A stretch of DNA of 32,000 nucleotides from assembly GCA_029269845.2 (NCBI GenBank), contig CP149973.1:150001-182000 (forward strand), in the 5' to 3' direction. A program made the translations under genes and the position numbers. This stretch comes from Opitutia bacterium KCR 482. Lineage in GTDB: Bacteria; Verrucomicrobiota; Verrucomicrobiia; Opitutales; Intestinicryptomonadaceae. This document shows positions 25,601 to 32,000 of the stretch, in pieces. Position 1 is the stretch's first letter, and every line of letters starts with the position of its first letter. The notes below the pieces were generated by a model. It saw only the letters and a program-made list of their open reading frames with translations, was not told where the DNA came from and made no database searches.

Positions 25601-25999
25601 GCAGTTTTTTTCTTTATTTCTCGCAAAAAACGTCGGGCATTCTCCGCCGCGAATAATTCTTCGATGCTTTCCATGCCCGCATTCCGCAGGCAATTTTGCG
25701 GAACAATTACGCGCATTTTGCAAGACGGGCAGTCCGCCCGCCTATGCGTTGTTTTTGCGATTGTTTCGAGATATCGAATATGAAAATCGAAACAACAAGG
25801 AAAATGAAGAATTTTAAATATGTTTTAATGGTGTTTGCGGGCGGCGGTTTTGGGCAAAAGGGTGGAGGCACTCCAAGTTGCGGGAATCGTCGCAATGCTT
25901 TTCGGAATCGCCCTCATGAACCTCCGCAAGGCGCGGGCTGGCTGACGCCGAACGGCACGGATTCCGCGCCCGCGCCCCGCGCTATTTTAGCGAAATTGC

Positions 26000-26030
26000 T
26001 TGACAGTATTGCCGATATTATCAGGATATT
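26000..26030 (+). promoter_or_regulatory. Possible lysC promoter: TTGACA - 19 nt - GATATT
   Basis: TTGACA at 26000-26005 and GATATT at 26025-26030, about 35 nt upstream of the lysC ATG. The spacer is longer than optimal. Confidence 0.3.
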
Positions 26031-26063
26031 CCGACTGATTTTTTATTTTAAAAACACTTGCAT

Positions 26064-27278
26064 ATGGCTCTGATTGTACAGAAATACGGCGGCACGTCCG
26101 TCGGCGATACCGACAGAATACTCAATGTCGCAAAGCGAATCAAAACGTTCGTGGACGGCGGAAACAGCGTCGTCGTGGTCGTCTCCGCCCGCAGCGGAGT
26201 GACAAACGAACTTATCGCCAGAGCGAAAACGTTTTCCGCAACTCCCGACGAGCGCGAGATGGACATGCTCCTTGCCGTCGGCGAACAGGAGACAATCGCG
26301 CTTACGGCGATGGCGTTGCACTCGCTGGGGCTCAAAGCGGTGTCGAGGACGGGCGCGCAGGCGGGCATCATTACAGACGACGCCCACACCCGCGCAAGAA
26401 TAGTCGAAATCACGGGCGGCGACATTCGCGAATGCCTGTCGCGCGGAGAGGTCGTGATAGTCGCGGGCTTTCAGGGAATCGACCGCCACGGCAACGTTTC
26501 CACGCTCGGACGCGGCGGAAGCGACCTTTCTGCAATCGCGCTGGCGGCGGCTCTCAAAGCCGACATCTGCCAAATCTACACCGACGTCAGCGGCGTCTAC
26601 ACCGCCGACCCGCGCGTGGTCAAAAACGCCCGCAAAATTCCCGAAATGTCGTACGAGGAACTTTTGGAAATGGCGTCGCTCGGCTCGAAAGTCATGCAGG
26701 CGCGAAGCGTGGAATTTGCGCAGAAGCACAACGTAGTTTTCGAAGTGCGCTCAAGCTTTAACAACGAACCCGGAACAATAGTGAAATCGGAAGCACCATC
26801 ATTGGAAGACGTCGTAATCAGCGGCGTGGCAATAGACAGAAACCAGACGAAAGTTACAGTAAGCGACATTCCCGACAAGCCCGGCACCGCGGCGGAAATC
26901 TTCCGCGAACTCGGCGAGGCGGGAATCGTGGTCGACATGATTGTCCAGAACGTCGGACGCGGCGGCAAGGCGAACCTCACCTTCACGGTCTCGAAAGACG
27001 ACGCGGCGAAAGCCGAAAAAGTCCTGCGCGCGCATTGCGAAACTATCAAGGGCGCGACGGTTTCGATTACGGGCGACATCGCCAAGGTTTCGGTCATCGG
27101 CACGGGCATGCGCTCGCACAGCGGCGTTGCGGCAAAGTTCTTCCGCACGCTCGCCGACAACAGCATAAACGTGCAGATTATCACGACGAGCGAAATCAAG
27201 ATTTCGGTCGGCATCTCGCTTGAAGACGCCGACGCGGCGGCGAACGCGCTCCACGCGGCGTTTGCGCTCGACAAATAG
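26064..27278 (+). CDS. lysC: Aspartate kinase (monofunctional, two C-terminal ACT domains)
   Basis: MALIVQKYGGTSVGDTDRI, VVVVSARSGVTNEL, GFQG.., LGRGGSDLSAIALAAAL, and ACT repeats at the C-terminus. Start taken at ATG 26064 rather than the TTG at 26058 of the track ORF. Confidence 0.9.
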   Translation: MALIVQKYGGTSVGDTDRILNVAKRIKTFVDGGNSVVVVVSARSGVTNELIARAKTFSATPDEREMDMLLAVGEQETIALTAMALHSLGLKAVSRTGAQAGIITDDAHTRARIVEITGGDIRECLSRGEVVIVAGFQGIDRHGNVSTLGRGGSDLSAIALAAALKADICQIYTDVSGVYTADPRVVKNARKIPEMSYEELLEMASLGSKVMQARSVEFAQKHNVVFEVRSSFNNEPGTIVKSEAPSLEDVVISGVAIDRNQTKVTVSDIPDKPGTAAEIFRELGEAGIVVDMIVQNVGRGGKANLTFTVSKDDAAKAEKVLRAHCETIKGATVSITGDIAKVSVIGTGMRSHSGVAAKFFRTLADNSINVQIITTSEIKISVGISLEDADAAANALHAAFALDK

Positions 27279-27346
27279 TTTCCGCGCCCCGACGCAAAGC
27301 GGTGCGCTTTTCAAATTTTGCGTTCGAAAAAAATGTTTCGGACCAA

Positions 27347-27378
27347 GGCAATGCGCCGTTAACGCGGCGCAAATTGCC
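27347..27378 (+). other. Strong hairpin in the lysC-thrC spacer
   Basis: GGCAATGCGCCG-TTAACG-CGGCGCA(AA)ATTGCC forms 12 bp with a 2-nt bulge and no U-tract. It is preceded by a weaker hairpin AAAGCG-GTG-CGCTTT plus TCAAATTTT at 27296-27319. Confidence 0.4.
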
Positions 27379-27408
27379 TATAAAAAAGACAGAACAGACA
27401 GGCTTGAA

Positions 27409-28770
<1,362 letters not shown>

Positions 28771-28862
28771 CCCGTCCGATGCAAGGCGGGCGGGCGTTTC
28801 CTCACTCCCAAACGGCGGCGGATTGCGCCGCGAAAAAAAATAGTGTCAAAAGCCAAAAAACT

Positions 28863-30437
28863 ATGGGCAAAAATAAAATTTTCATATACGATACAACACT
28901 GCGCGACGGCACTCAATGCGAAGGCGTTTCGCTTTCCGTCACGGCAAAATTACGACTCGCCGAAAAGATGGACAAGTTCGGCTTCGACTTCATCGAGGGC
29001 GGCTGGCCGGGGTCGAACCCGCGCGACATGGCGTTTTTCGAACAGGCGAAAAGCCTCAAACTTGCCCACGCAAAAATCGCGGCGTTCGGCTCGACGCGCA
29101 GGGCGAATACCGCGGTTGCGGACGACAGGCAGGTTGCGCTGCTTCTCGAATCGGAAGCGCCGGTCATAACGATTTTCGGCAAAACGTGGCTTCTGCACGT
29201 CGAAGAGGTCATAAAAACCACCGCCGAGGAAAACCTCAAAATGATTGAGGAAACCGTGGCGTACCTCGTGTCGCACGGCAGAACGGTCTTCTACGACGCC
29301 GAGCATTTCTTCGACGGCTACAAGGACAACCCCGAATACGCGCTCGCAACCCTCGACGCCGCAAAGCGCGGCGGGGCGGCATTCGTCTGCCTTTGCGACA
29401 CAAACGGCGGCACGATGGTTGACGAATTCGGCGCGATTGTCGAAAAGGTCGTAGCCCACATGGACGGAATCCCCGTGGGCGTGCACTGCCACAACGACTG
29501 CGGACTGGGCGTCGCGGTTTCGCTCGAAGGCGTCCGCAGGGGCGCAACCATGATTCAGGGCACGATAAACGGGCTTGGCGAACGCAACGGAAACGCAAAT
29601 CTCTGCACGATTATCCCGAACCTCGTTCTGAAAATGGGCGAGAATGTTGACTGCGCAAGAAACCTCGCAAAACTGCGCGACCTCTCGCTGTTCCTCGACG
29701 AAATGGCGAACCTTAGAAGCGACACGCGCCTGCCATACGTCGGCGCGTCGTCTTTCGCGCACAAGGGCGGAGTGCACGCCGACGCCGCAAACAAGGTAAA
29801 GCGCAGCTACGAGCATATCGACCCGTCGCTTGTGGGCAACCGCACGCGCGTGCTTGTAAGCGACATGTCGGGCAGGGCGTCGGTCATGATGAAGGCGCGC
29901 GACATGGGCGTTGACGTAAACTCGAAAGACCCGGTAATCGGGCAGTTCCTCGACGAGCTTAAAAACCTCGAATTCAGGGGCTACGAGTACGAGGCGGCGG
30001 ACGCGTCGTTCGAGCTTCTCCTCTCGAAATTCCTGAAAAAACACAGCGACCACTTTGTGGTGCGCGGGTACAGGGTCATTGTGGAGCGCGACGAATTTGC
30101 GAGAATCACGAAGTCGGAGGCAACGGTGAAGCTCGAAATCGGCGGCACTATCGAACACACCGTCGCCGAGGCGCACGGGCCTGTCGCCGCGCTCGACCTT
30201 GCGCTCCGCAAGGCGTTGGTCGAAAAATTCCCGCAAATAAAAGACATCGAGCTTTCCGACTTCAAAGTGCGCATAATCGACAGCGGCGCGGGCGCAAACG
30301 CAATCACGCGCGTGCAGATAGAGTCGAAAGACTCGAAGCGCGTCTGGGGCACGGTCGGCGCGTCCGACAACATCATCGTAGCCTCGTGGGAGGCGCTCAA
30401 AGACGCAGTCGAATTCAAACTTTCGGAAGAGGATTGA
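28863..30437 (+). CDS. cimA: Citramalate synthase (LeuA-related, TIGR00977-like branch)
   Basis: Start at MGKNKIFIYDTTLRDGTQCEGVSLS; FIEGGWPGSNPRD, HCHNDCGLGVA, and a LeuA-dimer-like C-terminus. Assigning it to CimA rather than LeuA rests on the EGGWPGSNP branch motif and the lysC-thrC context. Confidence 0.7.
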   Translation: MGKNKIFIYDTTLRDGTQCEGVSLSVTAKLRLAEKMDKFGFDFIEGGWPGSNPRDMAFFEQAKSLKLAHAKIAAFGSTRRANTAVADDRQVALLLESEAPVITIFGKTWLLHVEEVIKTTAEENLKMIEETVAYLVSHGRTVFYDAEHFFDGYKDNPEYALATLDAAKRGGAAFVCLCDTNGGTMVDEFGAIVEKVVAHMDGIPVGVHCHNDCGLGVAVSLEGVRRGATMIQGTINGLGERNGNANLCTIIPNLVLKMGENVDCARNLAKLRDLSLFLDEMANLRSDTRLPYVGASSFAHKGGVHADAANKVKRSYEHIDPSLVGNRTRVLVSDMSGRASVMMKARDMGVDVNSKDPVIGQFLDELKNLEFRGYEYEAADASFELLLSKFLKKHSDHFVVRGYRVIVERDEFARITKSEATVKLEIGGTIEHTVAEAHGPVAALDLALRKALVEKFPQIKDIELSDFKVRIIDSGAGANAITRVQIESKDSKRVWGTVGASDNIIVASWEALKDAVEFKLSEED

Positions 30438-30471
30438 TTTCTTCGATTTTTTGTGCCAACATAAGCTCCCG

Positions 30472-32000
30472 ATGGATTCAAACGAAGAATACAAAGTCGT
30501 CGATATTGGCTCGGCCATCTCGAACAAAACCCTCAAAAAATTCTACGGCTTTATAAAAAAGCCGTTCGAGGGCTTTCTCGGCATCACAAAGCTGAACTCG
30601 ACATACGATTTTCTCAAAAGACACACGTCGGGCAACTTTTACGAACGCGCAATCAAGGCTATCGGAATTAACTACGAAATCGACGACGACGACTTCAAGA
30701 AAATCCCCAAAGACGGCGCGCTCGTGGTTGTCTCGAACCACCCGCTCGGCGGAATCGACGGAATCATAATGGGCGCGGTGCTCCTGCGGGCGCGTCCCGA
30801 CGCAAAGGTAATCGTCAACGGGCTTCTCGCAAAAATGCCCGAAATCAAGGAGTGGTCGATTTGCGTAAACCCATTCGGCGGCAAGGCGGCGACGGCGCAA
30901 AACGTGTCGTCGATGAAAGACACAATCCGCCACCTCAAAAACGGCGGCTGCGTGGGAACTTTCCCGTCGGGCACGGTTTCGCACATCCACCTCCGCGACT
31001 GCTGCATTAGCGACCCCGAATGGAACACGAACATCGCGCAAATCGCCCGCCGCACAAACGCGAACATTCTGCCCGTCTATTTTGAGGGGCGCAACTCGTG
31101 GCTGTTTTATATCGCCGGTCTTATCCACCCGCGCCTGCGCACAATGCTGCTAATCCGCGAAATGTTCGGAGTGGCGAAACGCAGGAAAATCAAGATGAAA
31201 GTGGGCGGCGTGATTTCGGCGCGGAAACTTCCCGAATTTCCGACCGACGACGAGCTGACGTCGTGGCTTCGCATAAACTCGTACGTCTTGGGCGGGCGCA
31301 ACAACAAGGGCGAAAAACAGAACCCCACACAGTTGCAGATTATCCAGCGCAGCATAGAAAAAATCTTCCCGATTATGCACAGGGAAATGCAGGAGCTTAT
31401 CCTGCCAATCGACCCCGACAAAATGGCGAAGGAAATAGGCGCGCTTCCGCAGTCGGCGTGCATGATTCGCGGCGGGAAAATCTCGGTATTCTGCGCCGAG
31501 GCGTGGCAGATTCCGTGGACGCTTCTGGAAATCGGGCGGCTCAGGGAAAAGACTTTCCGCGAAGTCGGCGAAGGCTCGGGCAAGAGCGTCGACAACGACG
31601 AGTTCGACCAGTACTACCTCCACATGTTCATGTGGGACGCCGAAAACAGGAAAATCGCGGGCGCATACAGAATAGGGCGCACCGATAAAATCATGAATTC
31701 GCTCGGCGTGCAGGGGCTGTACGCGTCGACGCTCTTCCAAATTCAGCGCGAACTTATCGACAGAATCAACCCCGCGCTCGAAATGGGGAGGTCGTTCATC
31801 GCGAGCGAGTACCAGAAAAAACGCTCGACGCTCGCGATTCTGTGGAGGGGAATCGGCGAATACCTCTACCGCAACCCCCACTACCGCACGCTCTACGGGC
31901 CTGTCAGCATAAGCACCCACTACAATTCGATTTCGAAAGACCTGATGGTTCAGTTCCTGTCGGAGCGCAAAACTTCGGAAGAGCTTGCAAAATTCGTCAA
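30472..32000 (+). CDS. Fused PlsC-like O-acyltransferase / OlsB-like GNAT N-acyltransferase (OlsF-type aminolipid synthase candidate); 3' end beyond the window
   Basis: Own translation: MDSNEEYKVVDIGSAISNKTLKKFYGF...ALVVVSNHPLGGIDGIIMG...GTFPSGTVSH...PVYFEGRNS (acyltransferase motifs). This is followed by LREKTFREVGEGSGKSVDNDEFDQYYLHMFMWDAENRKIAGAYRIGRTD...LYASTLF...LEMGRSFIASEYQKK (OlsB/hemolysin-like GNAT). The frame is open to position 32000. Absent from the ORF track because no stop lies in the window. Confidence 0.75.
   Translation, partial: MDSNEEYKVVDIGSAISNKTLKKFYGFIKKPFEGFLGITKLNSTYDFLKRHTSGNFYERAIKAIGINYEIDDDDFKKIPKDGALVVVSNHPLGGIDGIIMGAVLLRARPDAKVIVNGLLAKMPEIKEWSICVNPFGGKAATAQNVSSMKDTIRHLKNGGCVGTFPSGTVSHIHLRDCCISDPEWNTNIAQIARRTNANILPVYFEGRNSWLFYIAGLIHPRLRTMLLIREMFGVAKRRKIKMKVGGVISARKLPEFPTDDELTSWLRINSYVLGGRNNKGEKQNPTQLQIIQRSIEKIFPIMHREMQELILPIDPDKMAKEIGALPQSACMIRGGKISVFCAEAWQIPWTLLEIGRLREKTFREVGEGSGKSVDNDEFDQYYLHMFMWDAENRKIAGAYRIGRTDKIMNSLGVQGLYASTLFQIQRELIDRINPALEMGRSFIASEYQKKRSTLAILWRGIGEYLYRNPHYRTLYGPVSISTHYNSISKDLMVQFLSERKTSEELAKFV

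Noticed and set aside
25780-26063. Lysine riboswitch (L-box) in front of lysC
   Set aside because: I looked for AGAGGNGC, GCCGAAG, ACUGUCA and the closing GGAGNGCU. Only a GACGCCGAAC fragment is present, so there is no L-box architecture.
25696-26073. 125-aa plus-strand ORF filling the lysC upstream region
   Set aside because: It has atypical A/T-ending codon usage and a low-complexity Gly/Pro/Arg/Asn composition. It runs through a strong hairpin and the putative lysC promoter, and it ends inside lysC. I treat it as non-coding; its first codons are discussed under the lysC-upstream finding.

Overview
GC-rich bacterial chromosomal window, densely coding and almost entirely housekeeping. I see no rRNA, CRISPR array, transposase, integrase, phage gene or recognisable defence system. 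Gene content (anaerobic RNR, futalosine menaquinone pathway, exosortase, several signal-peptide beta-helix or glycosidase-like proteins) suggests an anaerobic polysaccharide degrader, possibly PVC-type (Lentisphaerae, Kiritimatiellae or Verrucomicrobia). That taxon is only a guess. Left to right: a truncated secreted GH28-like gene; tRNA-Glu(CUC) with its own promoter; a stand-alone exosortase; a CPA2 antiporter with two TrkA-C domains; nrdG-nrdD; thiE coupled to an Asp23-like membrane protein. Next is a complete futalosine locus in two divergent operons (ubiA-ubiX-ubiD type genes leftward, mqnE-mqnA-mqnC-mqnD-mqnB rightward). Then follow a DedA-family protein, xseA, devB/devC-like exporter genes without an ATPase, aroK, gap, two secreted carbohydrate-active-looking proteins, lysC-thrC-cimA, and a truncated OlsF-like fused acyltransferase. 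The least explained part is the roughly 800-bp non-coding stretch at 25255-26063. It holds what looks like an independent minus-strand transcription unit: a promoter, about 200 nt of GC-rich structured RNA with no ORF, and an intrinsic terminator. I could not assign this RNA to any family by eye. Beside it lies an AT-rich, ORF-poor lysC upstream region with a 9-bp GC hairpin. Four promoter candidates share a TTGnnA-16..19-GATAnn architecture. Many long ORFs in the supplied track are antisense or N-terminally over-extended artefacts of the high GC content and were rejected. All functional calls rest on my own reading of the translations; no database search was run.
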